Origin: an uncultured Gemmatimonadaceae bacterium
GTDB taxonomy: Bacteria; Gemmatimonadota; Gemmatimonadetes; Gemmatimonadales; GWC2-71-9
Reading direction: 5' to 3'
Length of the DNA stretch: 64,000 nt
Assembly: GCA_964348295.1 (NCBI GenBank)
Contig: CAYGBV010000017.1
Location: 6,736-70,735, forward strand
Below are positions 49,629 to 60,200 of the stretch, one piece after another; the first letter of the stretch is position 1; every line of letters starts with the position of its first letter. Below the pieces are notes generated by a model, which saw only the letters and a list, made by a program, of their open reading frames with translations, made no database searches and was not told where the DNA came from. The translations under genes and the position numbers were made by a program.

Positions 49629-51455
49629 TCATTCCACCGTCACCGACTTCGCGAGATTCCGCGGCCGGTCCACGTCGCAGCCGCGCCGCACCGCGGTGTA
49701 GTAGGCGAACAGCTGGAGCGGCAGCACGCTCAGCACCGGCGTCAGGGGATCGATGCTCTCCGGAATGGTGATCACGTGGTCCGCCAGCTCGGTGATCTGC
49801 TCATCTCCCTCGGTGACCACTGCGAGCACCCGGCCGCGCCGCGCCTTCACCTCCTCGATGTTGGATAGGATCTTGCGGTGTACGGCGTCCTTCGGCGCGA
49901 TGAAGACCACGGGCATCATGTCGTCGATGAGGGCAATGGGCCCGTGCTTCATCTCGGCAGCGGGATAGCCCTCTGCGTGGATGTAGGAGATTTCCTTGAG
50001 CTTGAGGGCTCCCTCCAGCGCCACCGGGAAGTTGTAACCCCGCCCCAGGTACAGGGCGTTCTGCGCGCGCATGAAGGTCTCGGCGACCTGCTTGACGCGA
50101 TCCGCCTGCGACAGGACCTCTGCCACCTGTTCTGGCAGTCGCTGCAACGCCTGCACGATCTCCCGACCCTGTAGCACCGACAGAGCGCGGAGCCGGCCGA
50201 TGCGCAACGTGAGCAGGGCCAGGACCGCCACCTGGCAAGTGAACGCCTTCGTGCTGGCCACGCCGATCTCGGGACCGGCGTGCAGGTACGTCCCCCCGTC
50301 CACCTCCCGCGCGATGGAGCTCCCCACCACGTTCACGATGCCGAGCGTGCGCGCGCCCCGCTGCTTGGCCTCGCGAATCGCGGCCAGCGTGTCGGCGGTC
50401 TCCCCGCTCTGGGAGATCGCGATGACCAAAGTGTTCTCGTCCACTATGGGATTGCGGTAGCGGAACTCCGAGGCGTATTCGACCTCCACGGGCACGCGAG
50501 CCAGCTCCTCCAGCATGTACTCCCCGATGAGTGCCGCGTGCCACGACGTGCCGCAGGCCGTGATCACGATGCGGTCGAACTCCAGCAGCTCATCGTCGTC
50601 CAGGTTGATCCCGGAGAGCTTTGCTGTGCCCTCGTCCTCCAGCAGGTGCCCGCGGAGCGTGTTCCGGATACTCTCCGGCTGCTCCATGATCTCCTTGAGC
50701 ATGAAGTGGGCGTGGCCGCCCCGCTCGATCTTGGCGAGGTCCCACTCCAACGTGGTCACCAGTTTCTCCACGTGCTGGGCCTGGAGGTCGGTGATCTCGT
50801 AGCCGTCTTGCCGCACCACGGCCATCTCGCCGTCGTCCAGGTAGACCACGTCACGGGTGTACTCCAGCAGCGCCGCCGCATCGGAAGCCACGAAATGCTC
50901 GCCGTCGCCGAGGCCCACCAGGAGCGGCGAGCCGAACCGGGCAGCCACCAGGGTCTCCGGCTCCGTGGTGGACACCACGGCGATCCCGTATGCCCCTTCG
51001 ACGTGGCCCAGCGCGGTGGATACGGCCTCCACCAGAGACCCGTTGAGGAACTGCTCGATCAGGTGGGCGAGGACCTCCGTGTCGGTGTCCGACCGGAACC
51101 TGTGTCCCTTCTCCTTGAGCCACTCTCTGAGGGCGTTGGCGTTCTCGATGATGCCGTTGTGCACGATTGCCAGGGTACCGCCGCAGTCGATGTGCGGGTG
51201 GGCATTGGAGTCATTGGGCACCCCGTGCGTGGCCCACCGGGTGTGGGCCAGGCCGACCGTTCCTTGGGGCAGCCGCTCGCCCAGGTGGGCCTGCAGATCG
51301 ATGATGCGCCCGGCGACCTTCTCTACGACGAGGCCGCCGTCCGCGACGACGGCCAGCCCGGCCGAGTCGTAGCCGCGATACTCCAGGCGCTGCACCCCGT
51401 CCAGCAGGAGAGGCGCCGCGTCTCGCTTTCCGACGTATCCCACAATTCCGCACAT
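49629..51455 (-). CDS. glmS: glutamine--fructose-6-phosphate aminotransferase
   Basis: [10 protein letters not shown]-terminal nucleophile. Two SIS domains. C-terminal ...LAKSVTVE. Confidence 0.97.
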   Translation of the reverse strand: MCGIVGYVGKRDAAPLLLDGVQRLEYRGYDSAGLAVVADGGLVVEKVAGRIIDLQAHLGERLPQGTVGLAHTRWATHGVPNDSNAHPHIDCGGTLAIVHNGIIENANALREWLKEKGHRFRSDTDTEVLAHLIEQFLNGSLVEAVSTALGHVEGAYGIAVVSTTEPETLVAARFGSPLLVGLGDGEHFVASDAAALLEYTRDVVYLDDGEMAVVRQDGYEITDLQAQHVEKLVTTLEWDLAKIERGGHAHFMLKEIMEQPESIRNTLRGHLLEDEGTAKLSGINLDDDELLEFDRIVITACGTSWHAALIGEYMLEELARVPVEVEYASEFRYRNPIVDENTLVIAISQSGETADTLAAIREAKQRGARTLGIVNVVGSSIAREVDGGTYLHAGPEIGVASTKAFTCQVAVLALLTLRIGRLRALSVLQGREIVQALQRLPEQVAEVLSQADRVKQVAETFMRAQNALYLGRGYNFPVALEGALKLKEISYIHAEGYPAAEMKHGPIALIDDMMPVVFIAPKDAVHRKILSNIEEVKARRGRVLAVVTEGDEQITELADHVITIPESIDPLTPVLSVLPLQLFAYYTAVRRGCDVDRPRNLAKSVTVE

Positions 51456-51463
51456 GAATCCGA

Positions 51464-52819
51464 CTACTCCTCAGAGAGAACCAAGCGGCCGGCCGCTACC
51501 ATCTCCTGGGCGGCCTCCGCCGTCGGCGCCTCGGCGATCAGCCGCACTACGGGCTCGGTGCCAGAGGGGCGCACGTGCAACCAGCGGTCGGGCCAGCCGA
51601 GGCGCAGCCCGTCCTGCCGATCGGGGGCTGCATCGGCGAACTGGCGCTCGAGCGCGGCGTAGGCTGCCTGTAGGTCGCCGCCGCACGGCGCCTTTGCCTT
51701 GACGATGGTATAACGAGGCTGCGCTTCCACCAACCCCCGCAGCGACGCACCGCTCCGGGCTAGCAGGTCCAGGACCAGCGCCGCCGCTGCCGGCGCGTCA
51801 CGGCCGAGGTGGAGATCGGGAAGCATCACCCCGCCGTTGCCCTCCCCGCCGACCACCGCTCCCACCCGCTGCATGGCCCGCGCCACGTTGCCCTCGCCCA
51901 CCGGCGCCCGGTGCACCTCGACGCCGAAGTCTCGGGCCACATCGTCCACCACCAGCGAGGTCGAGAGGTTCGCTGCCACCGGGCCGACCCTCCGCTCCAG
52001 CACCGCCCGGATGGCAAAGGCGAGGGTGTAGTCCTCACCGACTGCCGTCCCGGTCTCATCGACGAGGGCCATGCGGTCGCCGTCGGGGTCCACCGCCATG
52101 CCGAGCACAGCGCCGGAGCTGCGCACCAAGCCTTCCAGCTTCCCGAGGTTGGCGGGCACAGGCTCCGGGGCCCTAGGGAACTTGCCGTCGGGCTCGAGGT
52201 CCACACCCGCCACCCGGCAGCCGAGCTGCTCCAGGAGCTGGGGCATGATCACGCCCCCGGCACCGCGCACGCAGTCCAGCGCCACCGTGAAGCCCCGCTC
52301 GCGAATCCGCTCGACGTCCACGTACGGCAACGCCACCACCGCCTCCACGTGTCGCGCCACCGCCTCTGGGTCGCTCGTGGCCATGCCTGCGGGCTCCACC
52401 CCACCCGGGAGCCCCTCCCCATCGACCAGCCGAAACAGCCGATCGACCGTCGCGTGGTCCAGGAACAGCCCGTCGGGGCCGACGAACTTGAGCGCGTTCC
52501 ACTCGATGGGATTGTGGCTCGCCGTGATGATGATCCCGCCCGCCGCGCAATGGTGCTCCACGGCGAGCTGCGCGGTGGGCGTCGGGACTAACCCGCAGTC
52601 GACCACATCCACCCCGACACCAAGCAAGGCCTCGCGTGCCGCTGCGGCGAACGCCGGGCCGGACTCCCGCGAGTCCCGTGCGAGCACCACCCTAGGCCGG
52701 GCGTCGCTCGTCGTCAGCGCGCCGAATGCCGCCGCGTAGCGCGACACGACATCCGCCGTGAGGTCGCTGCCCACGATCCCCCGCACGCCCGAAACGCTGC
52801 GCATCAAGGTGGCGGCCAT
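51464..52819 (-). CDS. glmM: phosphoglucosamine mutase / phosphohexomutase family
   Basis: ATG 52819. SGVRGIVG. Active-site TASHNPIEWNALKF. MAVDPDGDR metal loop. Lies 8 nt upstream of glmS. Confidence 0.75.
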   Translation of the reverse strand: MAATLMRSVSGVRGIVGSDLTADVVSRYAAAFGALTTSDARPRVVLARDSRESGPAFAAAAREALLGVGVDVVDCGLVPTPTAQLAVEHHCAAGGIIITASHNPIEWNALKFVGPDGLFLDHATVDRLFRLVDGEGLPGGVEPAGMATSDPEAVARHVEAVVALPYVDVERIRERGFTVALDCVRGAGGVIMPQLLEQLGCRVAGVDLEPDGKFPRAPEPVPANLGKLEGLVRSSGAVLGMAVDPDGDRMALVDETGTAVGEDYTLAFAIRAVLERRVGPVAANLSTSLVVDDVARDFGVEVHRAPVGEGNVARAMQRVGAVVGGEGNGGVMLPDLHLGRDAPAAAALVLDLLARSGASLRGLVEAQPRYTIVKAKAPCGGDLQAAYAALERQFADAAPDRQDGLRLGWPDRWLHVRPSGTEPVVRLIAEAPTAEAAQEMVAAGRLVLSEE

Positions 52820-52971
52820 GGGGCGAAAGGTAACTCGGACCGTCGGCCAGCCGCATGGCGAGCCGACGGCTCCCCGGCGCCGGTGGCGGCGACGCGAGGC
52901 GGGACCAAACCCCCTCACGGGCGGTATAACCCATGAGGCAGGCCGGGCAAGCTCATCTCGAGGTGGGGTGC

Positions 52972-53757
52972 ATGGCCGGACGAAGCGGTCGGCTGGTACC
53001 GCTCTCGCTCATCCTCTGGAGCGGCTGGGCGTGTAGCAGCACCACCGAGTACGACCCGTTCCTGGTCAAGCCGGAAGTCCTCCACGCCGACGTTCAGACC
53101 GTCGTGCTCACACCGGTACAGCTGCCTCCCGACCTCGACATCCCGGAGCGAATCCTCCTGAGGCTGGACTCCCTCATCGGGACCACGGTGCGTACCGCCG
53201 GTTTCACCACCGTGGCGTCGCACGACTTCAGCGAGATCTGGGACCGGGTCCAGCTCGAGGTGGGCGGCCTGTTCGACCCCCGCACCGGCGAGCGGGACGA
53301 ACTGCGGTTCGCGGACGCGCGGGAGCTGCTCGCGTGGGAGCTGGAGGACCGCTTCGGCGCGGACGCCTTGTTGTACGCCGACCTCGTGGTGGTGAGTGCG
53401 CCGTTCGCCAACGGCGTGGCCCACTGGGATGAGACCTCACAGCCGTTGACCGGATGGGGCTGGCGGCTGTTGGACGCCCTGAATGCACTGCTGGGCGAGG
53501 AGGGTGGGTCCCTCCCGGAGGGCACGGTCCCCGCCCTGTCCCTGTCCGTTACGCTGGAGCGAGTCTCGGGCGAGCAGCTCTACGCCAACGCCGGTGGCAT
53601 CGAGGTGCTGGAGAAGGTGGGTACCAGCGAGTCCGATCGGACACCCGTGCCGCAAGAGAAGTTGTGTCGCAATTGGCGCCGCAACCGCAAGGCGGTCGAG
53701 ATCGCTCTCGGTCCGCTCACGGCTCACGTCCGGGAGCACCGTCCCCCAGCGCGGTAG
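52972..53757 (+). CDS. hypothetical lipoprotein
   Basis: ATG 52972. Leader MAGRSGRLVPLSLILWSGWAC. No family recognised. Confidence 0.5.
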   Translation: MAGRSGRLVPLSLILWSGWACSSTTEYDPFLVKPEVLHADVQTVVLTPVQLPPDLDIPERILLRLDSLIGTTVRTAGFTTVASHDFSEIWDRVQLEVGGLFDPRTGERDELRFADARELLAWELEDRFGADALLYADLVVVSAPFANGVAHWDETSQPLTGWGWRLLDALNALLGEEGGSLPEGTVPALSLSVTLERVSGEQLYANAGGIEVLEKVGTSESDRTPVPQEKLCRNWRRNRKAVEIALGPLTAHVREHRPPAR

Positions 53758-53851
53758 ACAAGTACCACAGCTCCCACACCGCCTCACAGCTCGGTTGCCC
53801 GACCTGCGCCGCCCGGTATAGGTTCCGATGCGCTCGCGCAACGAGCTTCCC

Positions 53852-55021
53852 ATGACACGCGTACTCCAAGACGATCTCGAGAGTCGGCTCGCCACCCGCG
53901 CCGTGCATGCGGGGCAGCGTCCCGAAGACGACCCCGCCGGCGCGATCATGACGCCCATCTACCAGACCTCGACGTACGTGCAGCCCGCCCTGGGCCGGCA
54001 CAAGGGGTTCGAGTACGCCCGCACGCGGAACCCCACGCGCGACGCGCTGGAGCGGAACGTGGCCGCGCTGGAAGGAGCGACCCACGGCTTCGCCTACGCC
54101 TCGGGACTCGCGGCCACCGATGCAGTGCTGAAGCTGCTCTCCGCCGGGGACCACGTCATCTGCGGCGAGAACGTGTACGGCGGGACGCACCGCCTCATGA
54201 CCCACGTGTTCGAGCGGCTGGGCCTGGAGTTCTCCTTCGTGGACACCCGCGACGTTGCCAACGTCGAGGCGGCGCTGACCGAGGCCACGAAGATGATCTT
54301 CGTCGAGACCCCCACGAACCCGATGATGCACATCACCGACCTCGCAGCGGTGGCACAGCTCGCCCGCAGCCGCGGGGCGGTACTAGCAGTGGACAACACC
54401 TTCGCCACCCCGGTGTTCCAGCGACCCATCGAGTTGGGGGCCGAGCTCGTGGTGCACTCCACCACCAAGTACCTCAACGGCCACAGCGACATGGTGGGCG
54501 GCGTGGTGCTCACCACCCGCGATGACCTGGCCGAGCAGTTGGGGTTCATCCAGAACGCCGCCGGGGCGGTGCCGGGACCGCTGGACTGCTGGCTCACCCT
54601 GCGGGGGACGAAGACGCTTCCCGTGCGGATGGCCCAGCACGATCGGTCTGGCCGGCGCATCGCCCAGTGGCTCACGGAGCACCCGGCGGTGGAGCGGGTC
54701 TACTACCCCGGACTCCCGGACCACCCGCAGCACGACCTGGCGTGCCGCCAGATGAGCGGTTTCGGGGGGATGATCTCTCTGGAGCTGGGATCCCTGGAGC
54801 GGGCGAAAACCGTAGTAGAAAGGACCAGGCTATTCGCCCTGGCCGAGTCGCTGGGCGGCGTGGAGAGCCTGATCGGCCACCCGGCGACGATGACGCACGC
54901 CAGCGTGCCGCAGCAGATGCGGGAGGAAATGGGCCTCACCGACGGCCTGGTCCGGCTCTCGGTGGGCATCGAGGACACGGACGACCTAGTGGCGGACCTC
55001 GACCAGGCCCTGGCGCGGTGA
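53852..55021 (+). CDS. PLP-dependent cystathionine gamma-synthase/gamma-lyase family enzyme
   Basis: TPIYQTSTY. PLP lysine context HSTTKYLNGHSDMVGG. LAESLGGVESL. Confidence 0.88.
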   Translation: MTRVLQDDLESRLATRAVHAGQRPEDDPAGAIMTPIYQTSTYVQPALGRHKGFEYARTRNPTRDALERNVAALEGATHGFAYASGLAATDAVLKLLSAGDHVICGENVYGGTHRLMTHVFERLGLEFSFVDTRDVANVEAALTEATKMIFVETPTNPMMHITDLAAVAQLARSRGAVLAVDNTFATPVFQRPIELGAELVVHSTTKYLNGHSDMVGGVVLTTRDDLAEQLGFIQNAAGAVPGPLDCWLTLRGTKTLPVRMAQHDRSGRRIAQWLTEHPAVERVYYPGLPDHPQHDLACRQMSGFGGMISLELGSLERAKTVVERTRLFALAESLGGVESLIGHPATMTHASVPQQMREEMGLTDGLVRLSVGIEDTDDLVADLDQALAR

Positions 55022-55076
55022 AACCGCTCCTAAAGGCTCGCGTACGGTCTAGGGTTGGAACGAACCGGAGGCAGCA

Positions 55077-56093
55077 ATGACAGATGACACAGGCCTTCCG
55101 TCGGCCCGGCCGCGGAAGGTGCTCGAGAACATCGCGGCGGTGACCTGGGAGCACCCGGCCGACCGCGCCGCCCTGCAGACCGTCCGGGCCGTGCCCGGAT
55201 TCAACGAGGCGGTCAAGAAGATCGTCGGATTCTTCGGCGAGCGCGGCATCCGTCTCATCTTCCAAGCCAACGCCGTGCGGGTCGGGCCCAAGCAGTTCCC
55301 CGAGCTCCACTCGCTGATGACCGAGGTCACGGCCACGATGGATTGGACGGAGCAGCCCGAGCTCTACGTCTCCCAAACGCCCATGGTGAACGCCGGCGCC
55401 TTTGGCGTGGACCACCCGTTCATCGTGCTGAACTCGGGAGCGGTGAAGTTGCTGGACGAGGACGAGCTCCGCGTGCTGCTGGGACACGAGCTGGGCCACG
55501 TCATGAGCGGCCACGCCCTGTACCGCACTGTCACGATCCTCATCCTCACCCTCGGCTTCCAGAACCTGCCGTTCCTGGCCGGTATCGTGTTGCTGCCGAT
55601 CAAGCTTGCCCTGCTGGAGTGGTACCGGAAGAGCGAGCTCTCGGCCGACCGGGCCGGGCTGCTAGCCAGCCAGGATCCGGTGGCGTCGATGCAGGTCTTC
55701 CTCAAGCTCGCCGGCGGTGGCGACATGAGTGAGATGGACCTGCAGGCGTTCATGGAGCAGGCGCGCGAGTACGAGGAAATGGGCGGCCCCATCGACGCCA
55801 TCTACAAGATCCTCAACATGCTGGGACACACCCATCCATTCCATACGCTGCGGGCCGCGGAGCTGGAGCGCTGGATCGAGGACGGCTCCTACCAGCGCGT
55901 GCTGGATGGTGAGTACACCCACCGCGGCGAGGAGGAGGAGGAGCGCCCGTTGGCGAGCGACATCGGGGAGGCGGCAAAGCACTACGCCGAAGAGGCTAAG
56001 CACACGGTCTCACAGATGACCGACGCCGCCAAGCGTGCCGCCTCGGCGTTCACCGACGCGATCAAGGGCAAGGGCAAGGGCAAGAGCGAGTGA
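55077..56093 (+). CDS. M48-family zinc metallopeptidase
   Basis: HELGHVMSGH HExxH followed by hydrophobic helices and ELSADRAG. Lys/Gly tail KGKGKGKSE. Confidence 0.82.
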   Translation: MTDDTGLPSARPRKVLENIAAVTWEHPADRAALQTVRAVPGFNEAVKKIVGFFGERGIRLIFQANAVRVGPKQFPELHSLMTEVTATMDWTEQPELYVSQTPMVNAGAFGVDHPFIVLNSGAVKLLDEDELRVLLGHELGHVMSGHALYRTVTILILTLGFQNLPFLAGIVLLPIKLALLEWYRKSELSADRAGLLASQDPVASMQVFLKLAGGGDMSEMDLQAFMEQAREYEEMGGPIDAIYKILNMLGHTHPFHTLRAAELERWIEDGSYQRVLDGEYTHRGEEEEERPLASDIGEAAKHYAEEAKHTVSQMTDAAKRAASAFTDAIKGKGKGKSE

Positions 56094-57364
56094 AGGTCCT
56101 CGTCGTCGGGAGCGGCGGCCGGGAGCACGTGCTCTGCTGGGCCCTATCCCGATCGACCACCATCTACTGCGCCCCGGGGAATCCGGGAACCGCCCAGCTG
56201 GGCGCCAACCTGCCGATCAAGGTGAGCGACCACGCCGGCATCGTGGACGCCGTGCGCGAGCACGGCATCGACCTCACCGTGATCGGTCCGGAGGCCCCGC
56301 TCGCCGAGGGCCTGGTGGACGACCTCGCAGACGCCGGCTTCAAGGCATTCGGGCCGACGGCGGCTGCCGCGCAGATCGAGGCCTCCAAGGCATACGCCAA
56401 AGAGGTGATGTTCGCCGCCGGCGTCCCGGCCGCGGGGAGCGAGACCTTCACCGCCGAGCGGCCGGCGCTGGACTACATCGCCGCGCACGCGGAGCCGCTG
56501 GTGGTCAAGGCATCGGGACTGGCCGCCGGGAAGGGGGCGACCGTGTGCGAGACCCGCGCCGAGGCGGCGAGCGCGGCCAGGGAGATGTTCGGCGGGAAGT
56601 TCGGCGAGGCAGGGAGCACCGTCGTGGTGGAGCAGTTCCTCACCGGCGAGGAGCTCTCCATTCTCGCCTTGACCGACGGGGAGCAGGTCATGCTGCTCCC
56701 CGCCTCCCAGGACCACAAGCGCATCGGCGAGGGGGACACCGGGCCGAACACCGGCGGCATGGGGGCGTACACGCCGGTATCAATCGCCGACCAGGCACTG
56801 CTGGAGTGCGCCGACCGGGAGATCATCCGGCCGGTGCTCGCTGAGCTCGCCAAACGGGGGACACCGTACCGCGGCGTGCTCTACGCCGGGCTCATGGTGG
56901 ACGACGCGGGCCAGGCCAGGGTACTGGAGTTCAATTGCCGCTTCGGCGACCCCGAGGCGCAGGTGGTGCTGCCCGCTGCCGACCTCGACCTCACTGAGCA
57001 GCTATGGCCGATCGCCGCCGGCGAGGAGTGGCACCCGCCGACCACGTATTGCGCGGCCCGGCAGGCCGCCGTCACCACCGTCCTCGCGACCCCCGGATAC
57101 CCAGCGGCGCCCGTGAAGGGCCAGGAGATCTACCTCCCCAGCCCGCTGCCCGAAGACACGATCCTGTTTCACGCCGGCACCGCCGAGGAGGCCGGCACCC
57201 TGCGCGCGGCGGGGGGCCGAGTGCTCAACGCCACAGGGCTCGGGCCGGACGTGGTCGAGGCCGCGGAGCGGAGCCGCGCCCTGGCCGAGGCCATCACGTT
57301 CGAGGGACGCCAGTACCGCAGGGACATCGGGTGGCGCGAGGTAGCGCGTGCCGGAGCTTCCTGA
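56090..57364 (+). CDS. purD: phosphoribosylamine--glycine ligase
   Basis: GTG start overlaps the upstream stop (GTGA). MKVLVVGSGGREHVLCWAL, PGNPGTA, VVKASGLAAGKG. Confidence 0.96.
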   Translation: MKVLVVGSGGREHVLCWALSRSTTIYCAPGNPGTAQLGANLPIKVSDHAGIVDAVREHGIDLTVIGPEAPLAEGLVDDLADAGFKAFGPTAAAAQIEASKAYAKEVMFAAGVPAAGSETFTAERPALDYIAAHAEPLVVKASGLAAGKGATVCETRAEAASAAREMFGGKFGEAGSTVVVEQFLTGEELSILALTDGEQVMLLPASQDHKRIGEGDTGPNTGGMGAYTPVSIADQALLECADREIIRPVLAELAKRGTPYRGVLYAGLMVDDAGQARVLEFNCRFGDPEAQVVLPAADLDLTEQLWPIAAGEEWHPPTTYCAARQAAVTTVLATPGYPAAPVKGQEIYLPSPLPEDTILFHAGTAEEAGTLRAAGGRVLNATGLGPDVVEAAERSRALAEAITFEGRQYRRDIGWREVARAGAS

Positions 57365-58184
57365 GGTCGAGACGATCGTTCGCGACCTGCGCCCCAGGCT
57401 CACCGGTCGAAAGCTCAGCACTCCCCATCTCCACCGCACCGACGTGCTTCGCCGGGTCAGCCGCCAGCGGCTGATCCGGACCCTGGACCGCAACCGCATC
57501 GGCACCGTGGCGCGACGGGCCAAGCACGTCGTGATCGGCCTCGCCAGCGGCCACCGGCTGGTCATCCAGCCCCGCATGACCGGCAGCCTCCTGGTGTATG
57601 AGCGCCGCCTCACCGCGGAGCAGCGCCGCTACGCAGTCCTGGACGCCGGCATCGGGGGCGGGGCACGGTTCGTGTACCGCGACGTGCGCCGCCTCGGTAC
57701 CATCTGGCTCTTGGACGAACGCGGGTGGCAGACCTATACTGCGCGCATTGGTCCCGAGCCTCTGGATGACGACTTCGACGCCGACCGCTTCGCGACGCAG
57801 ATGACGGGCACGCACCAGGCCATCAAGAAGGCGCTGATGGACCAGCGCCGCCTGGCGGGGGTCGGCAACATCTACGCGAACGAGGCGCTGTTCCGGGCGG
57901 GCATCGACCCCTCGCGTCCCGCCGCCCGGCTCAGGCGCACCGAGCTCGAGTGGCTGCATCACCACGTGCGCGAGGTCTTGGAGGCAGCCATCGCGGCTCG
58001 GGGCACCACGGTGCGGGACTACCGTACCGGGACGGGACAGTCCGGCTCGTACCAGGATCTGTTACAGGTGTACGGGCGCGGCGGAGAGCCGTGCCGCCGC
58101 TGCGGGGCGCGGCTCGTGACCACGCACGAGATCGACGGGCGCGCAACGACGTTCTGCTGGCGCTGCCAGGGGAAGCCGCGATGA
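57348..58184 (+). CDS. mutM: formamidopyrimidine-DNA glycosylase
   Basis: MPELPEVETI N-terminus (GTG start). H2TH region. C-terminal zinc finger CRRCG...FCWRCQ. Confidence 0.95.
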   Translation: MPELPEVETIVRDLRPRLTGRKLSTPHLHRTDVLRRVSRQRLIRTLDRNRIGTVARRAKHVVIGLASGHRLVIQPRMTGSLLVYERRLTAEQRRYAVLDAGIGGGARFVYRDVRRLGTIWLLDERGWQTYTARIGPEPLDDDFDADRFATQMTGTHQAIKKALMDQRRLAGVGNIYANEALFRAGIDPSRPAARLRRTELEWLHHHVREVLEAAIAARGTTVRDYRTGTGQSGSYQDLLQVYGRGGEPCRRCGARLVTTHEIDGRATTFCWRCQGKPR

Positions 58185-59200
58185 AGATCGCCGTCGTGTT
58201 CGACACCCCCAACGACGGGTGGGAAGACGAAGATTACAAGCAGGAAGTAGCCGCGGAGGTGGACGAGCCCGAATACGAGGTGGCGGAGGCCTTGATGGCC
58301 TATGAACACGACGTACTGCTCGTGGGTGTGCACGACGACCTGCATCACATGTTCGAGCGGCTCGCGGCATTCAAGCCTGATTTGGTGTTCAACTGCTCGG
58401 AAGCATTCCACGAGCGGTCACGGCTGGACTACGTGTTCCCAGCGCTGCTGGAGGCGGAGGGGTATCACTACACCGGCTCGCCGCCCATCGCCCTCCTCAC
58501 CACCCGCAACAAGGCGATGAGCAAGAAGGTCCTGGCGTGGCACGGGGTGAAGGTGCCGCGCTTCGTGACGTACCGGCGCACCGAGGAGGTCGAGACCGCT
58601 CCCGACCTCGCCTTTCCGCTCATCGTGAAGCCGCTGCAGGAGGACGCCTCGGAGGGGATCGCCCAGGCTTCGGTGGTGCAGGATCTCGACGGACTCAAAG
58701 AACGCGTGCACTTCATCCACGGGAGCTTCCATCAGCCGGCGATCGCAGAGGAGTTCATCGAGGGACGGGAGCTGTACGTCAGCATGCTGGGGAACGGGGC
58801 GGACCTCCAGATCCTCCCCATCATCGAGATGGTGTTCGACAAGGACAAGACCAAGCCCGAGGAGCGTATCGCCACGAAGGCCGCCAAGTGGGACGAACCC
58901 TACCGGGAGCGCAAGGGCATCAAGAACGTGTTCGCGCGACCACTCTCGCAGGCCGCCGAGGAGCGCATCGAGGAAACCTGCCGCACCGCCTTCCGGGCTC
59001 TGTGGCTGCGGGACTACGCCCGCATGGACGTGCGGCTCACGCCGGACGACGAGGCGTGTGTGGTGGAGGTCAACGCCAACCCGTTCATCAGCTTCGGGCA
59101 CGACACCGCCAACGCCGCAGAAAAGGCCGGTCTGGACTACTACGCATTCATCGACCGCATCGTACAGGAGGCCCTCGCCCGGTATGAGTCGCACCCGTAG
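58181..59200 (+). CDS. ATP-grasp ligase, D-Ala-D-Ala-ligase-like
   Basis: ATG 58181 overlaps the mutM stop (ATGA). MKIAVVFD..., KAMSKKVLAWHGVKVPRF, FPLIVKPLQEDASEGI, EEFIEGRELYVSMLGN and RMDVRL...VVEVNANP ATP-grasp elements. Confidence 0.8.
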   Translation: MKIAVVFDTPNDGWEDEDYKQEVAAEVDEPEYEVAEALMAYEHDVLLVGVHDDLHHMFERLAAFKPDLVFNCSEAFHERSRLDYVFPALLEAEGYHYTGSPPIALLTTRNKAMSKKVLAWHGVKVPRFVTYRRTEEVETAPDLAFPLIVKPLQEDASEGIAQASVVQDLDGLKERVHFIHGSFHQPAIAEEFIEGRELYVSMLGNGADLQILPIIEMVFDKDKTKPEERIATKAAKWDEPYRERKGIKNVFARPLSQAAEERIEETCRTAFRALWLRDYARMDVRLTPDDEACVVEVNANPFISFGHDTANAAEKAGLDYYAFIDRIVQEALARYESHP

Positions 59201-60200
59201 GCGGAAGACCCGCCACCCGACGCCGCGCCCCGAGTTACGCTGCGCCTGCGGCCACGAGCTCAGGCGGTTCTGGCCTCACTGCCCCTGGTGCGGCCGCAAG
59301 CAGGTATGGCGCGACGACCCGCCGATCACCGGGGCGGAGTGCTACAAGTGCGGCTGGGTCGTGTCGGACCACAGCAATTTCTGCCCGTGGTGCGGCACCG
59401 ACATCTACGAGGAGGGCTACTCCGTCGAGGAGCCGCTCAAGGCTCCCAAGGGCTTCCGCTTCGACGGGCGCTGCGACGGGGGATGCGGTGGGGGCGTGCA
59501 GTATCCCATGCCCTATTGCCCGTGGTGCGGCGAGGAGCAGGAGTGGGACGACGAGGGCTTCGACGGCCCGTGCCCCCACTGCCACCGCGGTGTGAACGAC
59601 TGGATGGAGACGTGCCCCTGGTGCGGCGGCGACCCCACCGGCCAGGACCTGATTCCGCGCGCGCTGCGGCGTGTGAGGGAGCTCTTGCGGGCTTCACGCA
59701 TCAAAGACTGGAACTACCGCGTGGTGCTCCGTCCCGGCGTATCCGGCGTGGACCCCAAGTTCCCCAAGATCATCGAGATCGACTGGGATTACGTGCTGCA
59801 CGCCCGCGGGCGGGACGAGATCCCGTGGACCACCCTGGTCGGTCTCATCTGTCACGAGGCGGGTCACAGCTTCCTGTACCACCACTGGGGGTGGACCAGA
59901 AGGCCCACGTTCAGGCGCGTGTTCGGCGAGGTACACCGGGCGTACCGGGTGCGCGACGAGACCTGGGTGGACATGCAGCGCCGGCGCGTGAGCGCGACGA
60001 AGCCTCAGTACGTGAGCGCCTACGCATCCAACCACCCGCTGGAGGACTTCGCGGAGACGTTTCGCTTCTACGTGATGCGGCGCGGCCGGATGCGGGAGCT
60101 CCTCGCCGAGCTGGGCCAGAAGCGCAAGGCAGTGATCGTATACGAGAAGTTCCTCGCGCTGGACCACTACCTCCGCTACATCCGTTCGCTCCGGCGATGA
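59184..60200 (+). CDS. four-zinc-ribbon protein with C-terminal HExxH metallopeptidase-like domain
   Basis: ATG 59184, 17-nt overlap with the upstream gene. Four units of Cx(1-3)C-x10-CPWCG. Then ICHEAGHSF (HExxH) and NHPLEDFAETF. Confidence 0.75.
   Translation: MSRTRRRKTRHPTPRPELRCACGHELRRFWPHCPWCGRKQVWRDDPPITGAECYKCGWVVSDHSNFCPWCGTDIYEEGYSVEEPLKAPKGFRFDGRCDGGCGGGVQYPMPYCPWCGEEQEWDDEGFDGPCPHCHRGVNDWMETCPWCGGDPTGQDLIPRALRRVRELLRASRIKDWNYRVVLRPGVSGVDPKFPKIIEIDWDYVLHARGRDEIPWTTLVGLICHEAGHSFLYHHWGWTRRPTFRRVFGEVHRAYRVRDETWVDMQRRRVSATKPQYVSAYASNHPLEDFAETFRFYVMRRGRMRELLAELGQKRKAVIVYEKFLALDHYLRYIRSLRR

Noticed and set aside
51456-51463. glmS ribozyme or riboswitch upstream of glmS
   Set aside because: Only 8 nt separate glmS from the upstream mutase gene, which leaves no room for a structured leader.
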